NCBI GenBank assembly: GCA_051362555.1
Contig: CM120642.1
Span: 6,386,001-6,450,000 of the forward strand
Source of the DNA: Lingula anatina
Taxonomy: Eukaryota > Animalia > Brachiopoda
Length of the DNA stretch: 64,000 bases
Direction of reading: 5' to 3'
Shown here piece by piece: positions 1-15,000 of this stretch. The translations under genes were made by a program, and so were the position numbers. Within the stretch, counting starts at the first letter, position 1. Every line of letters begins with the position of its first letter. The notes below the pieces were generated by a model. The model was not told where the DNA came from. It saw nothing but the letters and a program-made list of their open reading frames with translations, and made no database searches.

Positions 1-80
1 TTTTCTCAATCTTTTTTTCAATTTACGGTTACTTATATTTCATATAGTGATATTTGTTGCTGTTCTCCCTGTGTTTTCAG

Positions 81-3000
81 AAGCCGGCCCCAGCGGTCAA
101 GGAAGCACTGTTCGTTCAACTCCAGCCAGTATAAATCTGGACAGCTGCAGCTTTCAGGTGATAGAATTATGACTTTATAAAATATGTATGATGTTTGTAA
201 AAAGATGAGATATACACAGGGTAAGAAGTTTCCGACTACTGGCAGATTTCTGCCCTTTTTCGGGTGGTGTTAGTGCTAACAACTCAAACAAGATTTTGTT
301 TTTAGCTATATACAGAAGTGACAGGTACAAAGCAGGAGTGGATGCCACATAAAAGTTTCTTAGAGTGGTGCACATGATGCATACTGGTGGCAGAGTTGAT
401 AAAAAAAATAACCCTCTAGAGCAGGCTTCTTATGTCCCTAGACCTCCCAGGGTATTCCTAACCATTGCATACGATTATGAGCGCAGTTCATATTTATATC
501 ATATTACTCCCTTCAGCTAGTGCAAGAGGCTCATGAATAGTTCAAATTCATATAATGTTTATTCATTCATCCTGCCAGTGCATGAGGCTCACAGTTTTAA
601 TTTAAATCATATTCTGGGGTAGCGCTAGCAATTTTTTTACGCTCAGCCACATCACCTCATTTTTGTCAATTTGTTATAAAAATGATTATAAATTGGCTAA
701 AACGTCAAATGAAGCCCTTTTTCTTTAGCCAGTTTAAGTCAGTATTGGCATTTGGCTAAATTGGCGAGTGTTAGCGCTACCCCAGATACTTCTTCCTTTA
801 GCAAGTGCAAGAGGCTCACAGTTCAAAAACACATTATTTTTCTTCCTTCAGCCACTGCAAGAGGCTCACAGTGACAGTGCTTTCAGCGTGCATCAAGACC
901 AAGATGTCAGCTTCGATCATCTTCAGCTGGATGAGTCTGGAAACCTCCCCACCAGCTTGGAGGCAGCACTGGCCATAAACCGTGCCTATCAGGAGATTGT
1001 CTTTGAAAATATCAAACAGCTGGAAGAGGCTCTGATTGAGAACAGAGAGAAGCAGGTTGGGTCTAGTTTCAGAGTGGATGTGAAGAATAGAATTGGTGTT
1101 TCCTAGACATGCTCAATCTTTTAGTCAATCAGGTGTATTTCATTCACTCACTCACTCACAGGCACTGATGCGCAAACATGCACGCACGCATACACAATAC
1201 TTAGACACTGCTTGTTTGTTTTCTGACTATTGTAATAAACTCTTAATGCTTCATTTGGTTGTGTCACTGCAGCTTTATCTTTCTTTTAGAAAATGATTGA
1301 GGCAGAAATAGATGGCAAGGTTGGGACAAAAGTTAAAAAACCAAAAGCCATTTGTAAAAGTGACTATGCCATACCTTACTTTAAAGATGAGGACGGATTG
1401 GTGAGTAAAAGGCTTTAAGTAAGTATGATTTCAAATGATGAAATTACCTGGACTATTTATTGTAATTTATTATATAAATATGCTAAGAGGCAAGATTTGA
1501 AATGTTTGCTTCCTGAAGTGAGAGTTTTTAATTAAAAAAATGAGAAAAATTTAACATAAGTCGGATAAAAATAAGTTTTCAGAAAGTTTAATGTGCAAAA
1601 TAGCATTACCAATTTACCACTTTATTTTATCTATTTATTTAATTTTTATAACAAATTTTTGTTGTTGTTCCAGCCTGCCCCAGTCAATGAAGATACCAAG
1701 ATCAAGCGGGCGGGGGAACCCATGGACCACCATCTTACCAAACCACCAAAAACATGTAACTGATCAATTAATATACACCACATTATGATTGGGTTTTACA
1801 TTTTTGGCATTATGATCACTACTTAACAGTGAAATATTAAGTGAAATTGAGGAGAAAGTGTTGTTGATGAATAAAATGTTGAACTTTTTCTTTTGTCACC
1901 CAAAATTTGAAGGTTATCTGCACAAAACATATTGTTTTGAAAGCCATTTCTTATCTGGTAACTTTCATTTTTCCTCTGACAAAGTGTTAATTCTGGTCTA
2001 TAAATTATGTCCAGTTCGTATTTATTGCAGGGACTGCAGAAGAAAAGAAGAAGTTGCAAAAAGCTGTGAAAGAGGATAATTTGAAGCAGCTTTTACAGCC
2101 ACATATGAACAGGTGAAGGCCCCCACATTTTTACCTAGTGATAAATTTCTTTGTGTACAAAAAGGCTAATTCTGTACATTTAGACTAATAAGGGAAGTGA
2201 AAGGGTCTCAGCTGGCATGCTTCTATTTTGAAAATGTGAAATTTCCTACAAATGATTCTGGTGATAATCACTTCTAAACAGAATTAAAGTGAAACAGCTG
2301 TTGTCTCGAGAGCATCATCAAGCTGTGAATGCCAACAGGTCCCTCAGTGTTGGTAGACGTGAACTATTCTCTAGTGGAGAAGTAATAGATAGACTGAGCT
2401 CACAGGCCTGCCAAAACCAACTACCAACTGCCAAAACCAACTACATGATACTCTTGAGACAAGCGAAAAGTAGCTGTTTCACTTCAATTTTTGTTCCAAA
2501 GTAAGTAATTGTTATCTCTAGAATTATTAGTAAATACAGTTCCTTGGAACAATTAACAATATCATTTATAATGAAGTTTCCTGTGTTGACTAACTGCCCC
2601 TGTGTAGTCTTAACCTAATTCAGGTAGCTTGTAAATGTTAATTGAAAAATTTAGAGGTTGAAATTAAGAATGTTGGTAAGAAGAATGTCTTCATGATTAA
2701 ATTGAAAAATACATTCATTAAAATTGATAATATTTTTTTCGTGTTTTGGTAGAAAAGAGCTAGAGCTAGAGAAACTTCCTGAAGCTAAATCTATAAATGA
2801 GGAAAAGGAAATACAAAGCAGGATAAAAGATATTGATCAGAAAATAAGTGATATACAGTAAGTATTGCACATATTTCAGACACCACCAGTCTACATAGAT
2901 CATCCAGCTTAGCCTGGACTCTCGCTGGGTGCAATCAGCTTAAGCCGGTGAGTATACAAGTTTAGCTGATTGCACTCAGTGATAGTCCCCTCAAAAGATT

Positions 3001-6000
3001 GATTGGTCTATGTAGACTAGTGGTGTCTATTGGAATGGGATCTACATTCATCTGTAAGTGCACAATTAATATGGATGTCTGTCTGATGTTAATTTTGAAT
3101 TTGTATCCCCCTGACCAAATGTGTTGCATTGATATTTATGACAGGAAAGTATGTAAAGTAAATAATTGTAACAAATTATTTTATGGTGTATTCAAAAGAA
3201 AAAAAAAAAAAGGACAGTGCACTTTACAGAATATGTGAAGTTATGAAAAACACAAAATGACACTGCAGAAAAAGAGCACAAACAAAAACTGTTATTTAGC
3301 AGCAACAATAGCTTTAGAAATATTGCTTTAAATACCCATACTTTGTAATCATCTATAGAAATATGTTTTCAAGAAGCCAGTGAAGCACCTTTCGTGTGTC
3401 AGTGTATTTTTTTCTACTGCAGGAAGACTTCTGATAAAAAGATTTTTGGAAGCCTGGAGAACTGTGAGACGATAGATTGGATGAAGATTGCCAATATACA
3501 TGTTAGTTTCTTGGTGTCATGTATTTTTAATTGTTTGTTGTTTTATCTGTGTATTTTATATCTTTTTAAAGTAACTTAAAGATGATTTTATTGAAGTATA
3601 AAAGTGAATTTACTTTGCCTGGCAAACATTTTTGATTTATTAAAGATTTCTAGTAACAGCTCCCATTGGTCAGTGTTGATCCCTAAAATGTTGGTTTTTA
3701 TGGCTGATAGATGGCAGCATCATTGACAGTATGATATAGTTCTGCCAGTTGTGCTGCCATCTTTGTACTGCTTATTACAATTATGAAAGTTGCTTCCAAC
3801 GACTGATTAACAAATGATTAATGAGAAACTATAATTGTAACTTTAAATGCATAGAACAGCTGATAAAATTGTACGCTGGGGTCAGTTTTACAAAAAATCT
3901 AAAATCAGTTTCAGTGGCTAGAGTCTAACACCTATTTTATATATCTAATGTATCTGTTTTAGTTTGAAGGGAACAGAACAGCCAGTGACTGCCTCAATGC
4001 CTGGAAGAACGTCCTGCATCCTGACATCAACAAGAAAAAGTGGACTGCTGACGAAGATAAAAAACTGAAGGAAATTGTGGAGTCCTTTGAAGAGAGAAAC
4101 TGGGGGCACATAGCAGAGGCATTGGGGGTAAGTTTTTCACAACCTTCATCATACCAGACATGAGCTTTTTCCACGGAAAAGCGGAATTCCTGGTTTTTTA
4201 ATTCAATTCTGATTTCTTCCTGAGATTTGTCAAGGTTAGGTGTTGGGTCCCATGATAAATGTTCAGAGTTTTTTCTTTAAAGGTACATACGAACCGAGCA
4301 TCGGTGGAGTGTGGATTCCGAGTAACACATGTAAACCACTTCTACTAGATTCTTAAATGACTCAAATAAATTTGACATGACAAGGGATAAACTGAATAGA
4401 TCACTCGATCAGCCATAAAAAACCTTTAGACTGCTCCTTTCTTTAAATTTATGGTTGTAAATTTAACCTACTTCCGTGACCTACTTTCCTGCCCCATTGA
4501 CATACAGCTTAGAATGCCAGCAGAAAAATCTGTACAAACATCATTTTCGGGTAAAATAAAACAGTGCCCTTTGGTAATTCTCTTAGTTATACTACTTGAA
4601 ACTATATGCTGGCATTTGGTTGGTTTTTGTGACAAAAAAATTGACTTTGTATGCATCTTTAAATGCAAGAGTAGTGAAATGGGTTGTCCGCACAGATGCG
4701 TAACTTTACAGCATTCTATAATTGAAACGTCTATTTTTCCTTTCAGACTGGAAGAAGTTCCTTTATGTGTCTACAAAGATACCAGCAAAAGCTAAATCCT
4801 TTAATGCGTGGAGGGTGAGATTTGCTTTGACTTTTAAAATTGTAATGGGTTACCTTATTTACCTTTGGCTGTATTAGTTCATTAGATATGTGTTAGATGG
4901 TATTTTCATTATTATATTTTTATATGAAATGAAAAAGATGTTGGTCCCACCTACTAAATTTTAGATAAATACCAATTAAATTTTTATTTGAGTAATGTAC
5001 AAGCAGAATCTTGAATTTTTTTTTAGCTTCTTCCAAATATATTAATATTCTTAAATTTGTTATTATTTTGTCTGAAATTAGCAAGCATCTTAGCTGAAAG
5101 CAATATTTACCAATACTGAGACAAATAGGAGTTGTGTTATCGTGGAATAACAGATAACTACTTATCTATATGCCCTTGAAGCTTTGATTATGATAGTAAT
5201 ATCCCTATACTTCATGAGGTCAAACTTGTTTCAAGGATATAGATTTTAAAAGTGTATTGTAGCTTCCTTAATGTCTAATGAAACCTAAATTTTCTTGTTA
5301 AGGCCATTCACCCCAGAGGAAGATGAACTGCTCAGGGAGGTGGTGGCCTACTCTCAGGTTGGGAATATGGTCCACTGGGTACAAGGTGAGCTTTTGGGGG
5401 GTCTGAAATACCTACAGGGTGTCCAACATATTTATATGGGAATAGGATTTATCTGGGAGGAAGATAGGTGCTATTAACATTAAAAAATGACAATTTGTAT
5501 TGGCAGTTGTTTTTGGGACCAAGCTTATGCGCAGTAACTCCACTGAATGCAATCAGATTAACAGACTAACACACTTTCTATTGTTTCCAACATAGTCGTA
5601 TAACCACCATCTTCTCTGTATACTACTGAACACCAGGAGGAGGCGTGTTAGTCTGTTCATCTGATTGTATTCAAGAATAGCATTGATGGAATTAGTGGGT
5701 ATTAGCTAGGTCGACAAGATTCATTATGAACATTCCCTTTAAACACATGAATCTGTGCCATTTTATTCCAGTGGTCTACTACATGGAAGGGCGTAGTGTA
5801 TACCAGTGTAAGAAAAGATGGGAGCAACTTGAGGGAGGATATAATATGGGAAGATGGTCTACAGATGAAGATTATGTATGGATTTAGGATTATGTTTCTT
5901 TTTCAACTTTCCCTCATTTATATAAATTTGTTTAAATAATCAATGGTGTATTTTGATTTCAACCTAGTCAGTAAATTTTTTGTAATATCTCTAAAGTAAA

Positions 6001-9000
6001 ATGTCTCTAAAGTCATGTCTAAATTGTCAAAAAATGAAATAAAAGATCCAAGTATTTTATAATTTCTGAAGCCAAAGTAGATAATTTAAATACTATAGTA
6101 CAGTGTTCAGGCCCGTAGCCAGGGGGGATTCGGGGGGTTCGTAAGAACCCCCCTTTTTGCTGGAAAAAGGTCCACTCTGGGTAAAATTTGACCTAGGTAC
6201 ATGGGGATTATATGGTAAAAGGTCCACTTTTTCAGAAAAAGAACCCCCCCTTTGAAATTGCTGGCTACTGGCCTGGTGTTCATTTATTATTTAGATATGA
6301 CATTGTAATCAATTTAGAAAATTGATAGAATAAAGTATTTAAGTTAATCAATTAAAAAAAAAAGTATGTACTTCATTGGTAGGGATTTTTTTTATTATTT
6401 TGTAAATATTGTTGAATTTTTATTTTCTGTTTAATGTTTGTACATTTGCAAGCTTTGCTGTCTATGTTCCAGGCACTCAAGAGTGCAATAGACAAATATG
6501 GAGAAGGTGATTTTGTCAAAATTGCCAGAATGGTGCCTGGCAGGAGTGCACCCCAGTGTAGGGAGAGGTGGGTCATCTTGCTCTGGGGTCCCTTTCACAA
6601 ATTTTACTGTGGAAATGGCTGTTAATGACTTGATTCTAAATAGAGAAATAAAGTGATTAGAACCAGTCAGTTCTGAGTATAGATGGATGGATAGATATGT
6701 ATGATTTTTTTTTTTTTTTTGTAATTAGACAATATCAGTTTGTTATTGGCATACTGCAGTGTGTGTATGCTAGAGCATGCGTATTACGTTAAATGAACTG
6801 TGTAGGAAAAAGTATGTTTGGTGCTTAAACATTGTTTCAAAATCATGTAGATAATATTATTTTCCTTTTTGATATTTTAAAAGGTGGCGCAATGTCTTAA
6901 GTTCAGATCTGAGATTTGATCCATGGACATACGAAGAAGACAGAAAGCTGCTTGAATTAGTCGGGAAATATGGGAGAGGTACTTGTATTTTTTCTTGCAC
7001 AAAAATATTGAAAATTGTCCTCTGTACATTAAATAGAGCTTGAAACCTAACTACTTTTTTGCTAGCAGTGCAATCAAGCATGTCTGAGGGAGGTATATTT
7101 AATCATTTTAATCTTATTTCTACCATTTTGCAAACTTATATCATGTCATTTTTGCCACAGGATTTATTAGATCCAGTTCTTTAGCTTCCGAAAATGTAAA
7201 AAGAAAAAAGTATAGAAATGTGAGCAGTTGCATTGGCGTGAAAATTCAAATAAGGGGTTAATTTCTGTAGGAAGGGAAGAAGGACCTTTCTCATCTTTTG
7301 AAGTGCTTGTCACTAATATCATGTTTTATAATTGTTACAAACATAAAAAATAATTTTTACAAAGTTCTTTTAGAATTTGGGTTATTGAATAAATTGAGGT
7401 CCAGTGGATGAAGTTTTTATTGGTGCAGAAAATGATATGGAACATGTTGTATGGTGAACATAATTTACAGCAAAATTGGCCCTTGGGGCAAATGGTAAAT
7501 AAAAAAGAAAAATATTGTAACATAGTGACAAGATATATAAAATGATTTAATACAATATGACTGTACAGTTTGCTTTCACCCATTTCAGGCAAATGGTCCC
7601 AGATTGCTGCTGGCATCCCTGGCAGACATGATCGCATGGTCAGGGACAGATATCTTGGCTTAATGAAGTTGAAGCAGCAAATGGCACATGCTAAACAGGT
7701 ACACAAAATCATTGTGGATTGTTACATGTTCAGGAATTGTAACACTTTCTGATTTTTGATGTGTGTATGATCAGTTTAAAACTAACCCCAAGAATGAACA
7801 GTTCAAACTGGTGACTGCTTGTGAATGATGTAATAATAAAATGCAAAAAAATAAAAATAAATAAATAAATAAAAGGCATCATTTTTTGATGTTTTGTGTG
7901 TTGTCTGAGAGCACACAACCCATATAGTATTAAATATTTGTTCTTTTTCTTCTAATTCTCATTATCATCATTATTATTTACAGCAAGGGGGGCAGTCATG
8001 GGCCTTGGAAGGGGAGGAGCTGCAAAAAAAGCTGCAAGAACAGTTGTTTGATATCCAAGAAAGATACGACAGAGATAAGGAGAAGATGAGAGAAATGATG
8101 CAGGCAAATATGATCCAGGAGGTATTGGCCAATTTATACCCCCCCCCCCCCCCCCAAAAAAAAAAAGAAAAAAAAAAGTTTTTGCAGAAGTAAAGAAAGA
8201 AATTATGTCACTTTCTTAGTGTATGGAGAATGGGTGTTAAAGCAATAAAATTAAGTAAAATAGAGAGGAAGTTATATTTGAAGAGTGGGTTTGTCTAGGT
8301 TCTGTCGAGGACAGGAACGCTGCTTAGGTGGCAGGTGCCTTGTCTTGACCCTGATAAATAGGTGAATGCTAGTTTTCTTTTTTCTTGGAACAAATTAATG
8401 CCATTTCCTTTCTCTACTGGATCTTGAGATATATTGAACTTGAGAAAAGATAAAAACATAGCAAAAATGTAATTTAAGGGTTGCAAAATGCAATCTTTGT
8501 TGCATTTATAAATGATTTAATGTATTCAATTGTCATATTTTCTAGCTGGCCACTGCCCCAAATAAATCACTAACTTTGATCACTGCGGAAAATAGAAGCA
8601 AAGAGTTTGAACTAGATAATAAAAGGGGAACGGAGCTGCAGCTTTTGTATACAAAACTAATGAAGGAAAAAGAAGAGGAGGAGAGACAGATTAACATGCA
8701 GCTTAAGGATATGGAAAATGGTGAGTTCTCAATTGAGCCTTTTGACCTCCGCTACTGGACAAAACCATGTGGCCTTTGTTACAAAGAAGGCTGGCTTTTT
8801 TGGACAAATGAGAATGCTTAAGTGACAGCTACCCGAGCAAAGCCAACTTTGCTTTATTGGAGTAAGAGGTTTTGAGAATTGGCTCATAGTAAATGTATTT
8901 GACAAACCAAAATAAGGTATTGCTACCACTGAGGGTAAAACTGTTTGGTTAGTTTTATGACAGGGAAAAAATGAAGTAAGCAGCCTATTGGATTCCACGT

Positions 9001-12000
9001 GAAATTTTAAGTTTAGTCCCAAAACTGACTCATGATTTTGGTGAAACATACCCCAAAATGTGCCCTTTTTGTTTAACATGGAAAAGGAAGAAGAGGAATA
9101 TTTCTCATCGTCAAAAAGCTCAAGTGTATTTCCTGTTATTTCAATATTTTCATTGTTTCTAAACATATTTCAAGATAATATTTGGTTTTAAAGAAAATTA
9201 TTCCCTGTTTTGACCCAAATAAATCTTCCACTTTTACCCGGGACTGTGTTTATTAACAACAGTTTTGAGATTTCAGGTGTTTTGTTCTCAACCTCTTTCT
9301 TCTGTTTGACATAATTTTACAGCTGGAAAAAAATAAAGGAATTCTTTCCTGTACTAAATTTTGTATCACTCTAGGATTGTTTATACCACGCCCCCTTAAT
9401 AGACAGCACTTTAAGCAAGACAGAGTGCAGAGGTGGGATATGTTGTTGGATGCTATGGATGGGTACCTTCAGAAGAAAATGTCAAAACTTATCAAAGAGA
9501 AGGTAGAACCAGACAAGATGGACAAAGAGTTTGGCAGCACCACTGCAGCTGCTGTTGCGAGGCTTCGGAGGCTGAAGAGTTCAAAGGCATTGGTATGAGT
9601 TTTCCCCTTCATCCGTTCACCTTAGCTGCATTTCCACATTTCATACTTTATTTTTTCTGATCCTGTTATTTTATAATTGGGTTTGGTTCTCACTTTTCCA
9701 AACGCATGTGCTTTTTGATACCTTTTTTCTAAGTGTTACTTTAGAACACCTGCCGAATCTTGTTCCAAACACACAAGTTGTGTTTCTGTATCCGCTTTTT
9801 ATACTAATTATATATTCTTAAGAACATTTAACTTATAACTCAGTTTTCTTCTCTGTTCCAGACACCCGAGCTGCGTTTCCGCATCCACTTGCTGTCCCCA
9901 GAGACGACGGTGAAGGAAGTGCTAAGTGTGTCCCAAGAGATTAAGAAACAGTTGACAGGGCTGTCTAAGCGAGGCAAAAAACATACCAAGCTGGAAAGTA
10001 GGCGTCTTGACAATTTGCTCGACATGGCTCTTCGTCGCAGAGTGACTTTTCGAGTTAAGCCAGGAAGACCCAGAAAGTACTTAAGTAAGTTTGATGTCAT
10101 CCATGTGAGGATTTTTTTGTTATGGATAGAAAAAGAAGTAAGTGAGAGAGTAGACTGTCTTGATAAGAATGTGAACAGATGAAATAAGTGAATCAGGTAA
10201 TATAATATCTATCATCTGCACTCCTAGGAGATCAAAGTATATACCATGTGTTTGTGAGTTTCAAGTATGTGGTCCTGTGGTTCTCTTTATTTGCTATATT
10301 CATCTAAACCTAAATGACATTCATTAAATACATTTGATTATGGGAAAAAGAAGTTTCTGAATTTGTGCCTGCTTAAGGGGCCTTTTCTTTGTTCATATGA
10401 CCATATGTTACAATGTGATGTGAGTAGCACTCATTGGTAATTTTAACCAATTTTGTCTGAATAATAACCAGATGGATGATGAGGTTAGGTTTCAATATGA
10501 ATATATCACCTTTGTTAAGATTATATTGTTTTTTGATAACTTGCTGAAAATGCCAATGTTATATTTACCACACCAGAACAAACCAAGGTGCAGTATTTGT
10601 CAGCAGGAAATATGGATGAAGATGAAAGGACCGACTTGATTCTGCCACTTTTGTTCAAGGTAAGGTTTGTCTTTTACAGATTTATCATAAAAATTTTTAT
10701 TTGTGATGATTTTTTTTTCACATAATTTCCCATAATAACTGTGCCTATTAAATTTGAGCTTAAAGTCTTGTGGTATTAACATATATATTGTTTATGCAAT
10801 TTCGTAACAAGGGTTTGACTGTTCTTTCTTTTGAAAAAATTCAGTCCTGAACTGTTCCCGAGATGAATAGTTGTGTTATTTATGTATTTCATTAATTAAT
10901 TTATGGACTTATTTCAGACTGAAGCCATAGACGTACTGGGAGCAGAGCATAATCTAAAGGTACAGCAGCAATTAAAAGAGCAAAAAGAAGCAGAGGAAGA
11001 GAGAAAAGAGAAAGCTGCTGAAGCCCGGAACAATGCTGAAAGAACCACAGCAAGTGGTCGTCCCTTGCGTAAAAGAAAGGCAGAGATGGAGGCAGTGTGC
11101 CAGGAGCCTGATTTGAAGGCTGTAAACCTGGAGCAGGATATGCAGACGTTGGTACGCGTGCTCGAGGCACAGCCACAATTGAGGCAATTTTTACAAACTG
11201 TGAAATCTAATAAAAGCCCCCCAAGCACTGCTGAACAGAGTAAAAACCCAGAACAAGAGCAGGGTCAAGGAATTATGGAACAGAGTAGTGAGAAAGATGG
11301 TGTCAATCCAGATGAGGGGAAAGAGAAATCAAGTGACTCTTCTGTTGATGCATTGCCAGCAGAAAAGGAAACCCCAACAGTGACATTACAAAGCAGAGAA
11401 AAGACGAGCAACTGTTCTGTTAAAACACCAGCCCCTTACCAAAACACACCAATGATAATACAAAGCAGTGATATGGAGGAAAATTTGGAAGAGCAAATGA
11501 CCAATGAGAATACCCAAAACCCAAGGACAAAAGAATTGCATATCCAGGAAGCGCCTGGGACAGTATGTAAAAACTACGATCTACCTCCCTTTCCTCCAAC
11601 TTGTTCTACCATAAATGGGTTTAAATCTGTCCTATTAGATCGGAGAAAGCTCATGTCAGTTGGAGGGCAATACTGCAACAATTCCCCTATGGTCAGGGTC
11701 CATCTGTCCGAATGCCAGGCCACAGCAAAAGGCAACGACAGAAACTCGTCAGACACCACTGTGACTGAGGGGAAAAAGAAGAGGAAGAAAAAATCATCAA
11801 GTGTCACTCCTAAAGCCAAAAAATCTAAAAAAGATAGTGAGACTAATAACTTGAATTTTGTGGTGTATGAGGAAAACCCATTGACAAATATTCGTGAAAC
11901 CCATGATTATAAAATGTTAAAGGTATATTACGTTTTTGCAAGTTAATAAGTAATTAGTTTTTTATTGTGGATTATTGATATTAAATGGGTTATCAATAAT

Positions 12001-15000
12001 ATTATTGTTTATTGCTGGTAAAAATAAAGTCAATTTTGCTCCTATTTTTTACTTAAGAAAAAATATGGTTGAAAAAAAAAGACCTGTGCTTAGAATGTGA
12101 ATGCCACTTTAAAGATTGAGATGAATTTAACAAATGTAATGGATAATGATTAATATAATTATTTTTAATCTTCAAGGCACGTTTCATTTCTCTGTTCCTG
12201 TGGCCAGCTCTTCTATCTACGATCCGTACACCAGAATTACTGCCAAATGAAGGCAATGAATGGAATGCTGTAAGCACAGTTATTAATCTCTTTCTCTGTG
12301 GGCTAGAGTTTTTGCCACTCTCTTCAAAAAGGCTCCTCAAACAATTATATTACATGAATAAGGATGCAAAATTTAAGTGATGTAGAAATTGACTTTTACC
12401 TCCCAAAATTATTTTAAGAAAGCCAAAAAAATCAGTAATGATTATACTACAATTTTACTTAACCTAACAACAGCTACTGTCTAATTTTTGCTATTTTGCA
12501 AATATTGCTCTTTCAGGATTTTGTGGAATCCAAGAAGACGGATTCAAATAAAAGAAAGACGAAGAAAAAGTAAGTTATATAATTAGCATTTGAGCATTAA
12601 GAAATTTTGCAATACCTTACTCTCCTGCAGTTTTCATTTTGGTTCAAGACAAGGTTTCTTTTTGTTTATTTTTTTTTCATCAGACTTGTAAACCTATCCT
12701 TTTTCCATTTCCTTCTTTCTTATACATATTTTTTTTTTCAACAAAAGGAGCCCTTCCAGTGCAATCACAGTTTCTGTCAATGTTACCATTATGTACACGC
12801 ATGTATTTTTCAGATACGCATGTACCAAAGGGATACGTTTTCGCAAGGGTTTGGTGAAACTCAAAGAGGAGAAGGAAAAGATGAGGATCAAAACGGAAGC
12901 TGCAATGAAGCAGAGAAGTGAAACTCAGAGAAAGCTGAAACAGTTCCTATCAAATCGCAACAACTGCTCTGAAATATCTGCCACGTCGTGTGAACAGCAG
13001 CAGCCAAATGGAACTAACCAATCAGATGCACAGAAAGGGCCTACCCAATTGGTTGTCTTGGAAGATCCTAACCAGACAAGGACTTTAGAGCAAAACAACC
13101 AATCAAACGCCCAGAGTCATATCAGCCAAGGAGAGAGTCTAGAACATTCCGTCCAAACACTGCCAGTTAAGTCAAGTGGCCAGGGAAAAAATGATGGTGA
13201 ACATGGTCCTTCTGAAGCAGGGACTTCAGCGTCTGTAGATGGTGGCATGGCTATCACAAATGAAGATGCTCAAAAAGCAGGTTGTTATCTAAAAAAAAAA
13301 AGGTCAAAATTGTAAATGTCACAGATACATAGTCGGGAATTTCAAAATTTAAAGTGCTGCCCTGAATAATTTTTACACTAAGTACTGCTCATTGAAATTG
13401 AAAATATCCAGCTTGTTTGAAAATAATCTTGACATATAACAACTTCTTTTCATGGTCTTCACAAAATTTACCGTTTTCAGTATCTGTGAAGAAGCGACCA
13501 GGGCGTCCAAGAGGGCCTTGGATCAAAAGAGTCTGGTTCAAACCAGGGGAGAAGAATACAAGAACAAATAGCCGCCGCACCTCCAAAGAAGTCGCTTTGG
13601 AAAGTTTCAAGGACATGGAAATTGATATAGTAAGTGTGGAGATGGGAGTTGTCAGGATATTTGAGTGTTGTGTTCATGCCTCCCCTTCATGTAATTTTGA
13701 TAATTGCGCTTTAGAGATAATGCCTGTTATCCATTAGTGATTGCTTTCACAGATGGTTTGGTAATAAATCAATTAATTGTACCACCAGCATTAGCGCTGG
13801 CGGTACACATGGTTTTAGTCCCGTCCGGATCGTTCCGCCAGCTCCTGCGGCTCCGCCGGACGGCTACCGTTACCGCTTCTCCTCCTAGACAGTAAGGGCC
13901 TCCGTACCCATCTCTTGGATTTAGGTCACCTATAATCTCAACTCGTTCCACGTAAAATTTGGGCTTTGTCAGTATTGGGGTCTAGGTGTGGCACTCATTG
14001 CAATGCACCCTTGTCTAAAAATGGCAAAATTAAATGCTAATTATCTACCCTACGGAAGGAATTATGGGAAAAATTTCTACAGACAGTAGTACATATGTAT
14101 CAAAAAGTACATATGGGTGGTGAAAGCAAAATGTGCAGTACGGTAATGGATTATAAATTTTGAATTTTGAAAAATAAAACATAAGGCTTGGCGAGGCAGA
14201 CAACTTGTGGTCAAAAATGACATTATTTCATCAAATTTGAACATCTGGAACTTCAGAGCACCTCCCATTTCAAGAATATTTGACCAAAATGACCTTTTCT
14301 TTATTTTAATTAATTTTTTCTGTATGAAATTTATGGCACATTATTGTAACTCCAAAATTATAACATTTAGTCCCTTATATCTCCAAAACTGGCAGAGATA
14401 GGTCCATAGTTACTATTGAAGTTGAATAGGAAATCATATACTGGCAATCAAAATGTGACCTTGAAATTGACCTTTGACCTACTTTTCATCATGAATTGAA
14501 CTTTGCAAATTTTGGTTCCCTTGTATCTCCAAAACTGGCAGAGATAGGTCTATGGTTACTATTGAACTTGAATAGGAAGTCATATACTGGCAATCTAAAC
14601 GTGACCTTGAAATTGACCTTTGACCTACTTTACACCATAAACTGAACTTTGCAACTTTTTAATGCTTTTATTTTCAAAACTGGCAGAGATACGCCCGTAG
14701 TTACTATAAAATTTGAAAAGAAAGTCATACGAGGCAATTTACTGTGACCTTAAAATTGACCTTTGACCTTCTTTTTACCATGAACTCTACATTGCAAATT
14801 TTGGTTCCCTTTTATCTCCAAAACTGGCAATAGTAACTATTGAACTTGAATAGAAGTCATTAGAGGCAATCTAAGTGTGACCTTGAAATTGTCCTTTGAC
14901 CTACTTTTCATCATGAATTGAAGTTTACAAATTTTGGTTCCCTTTTATCTCCAAAACTGGCAGAGATGTGTCCATAGTTACTATTGAACTTGAATAGGAA

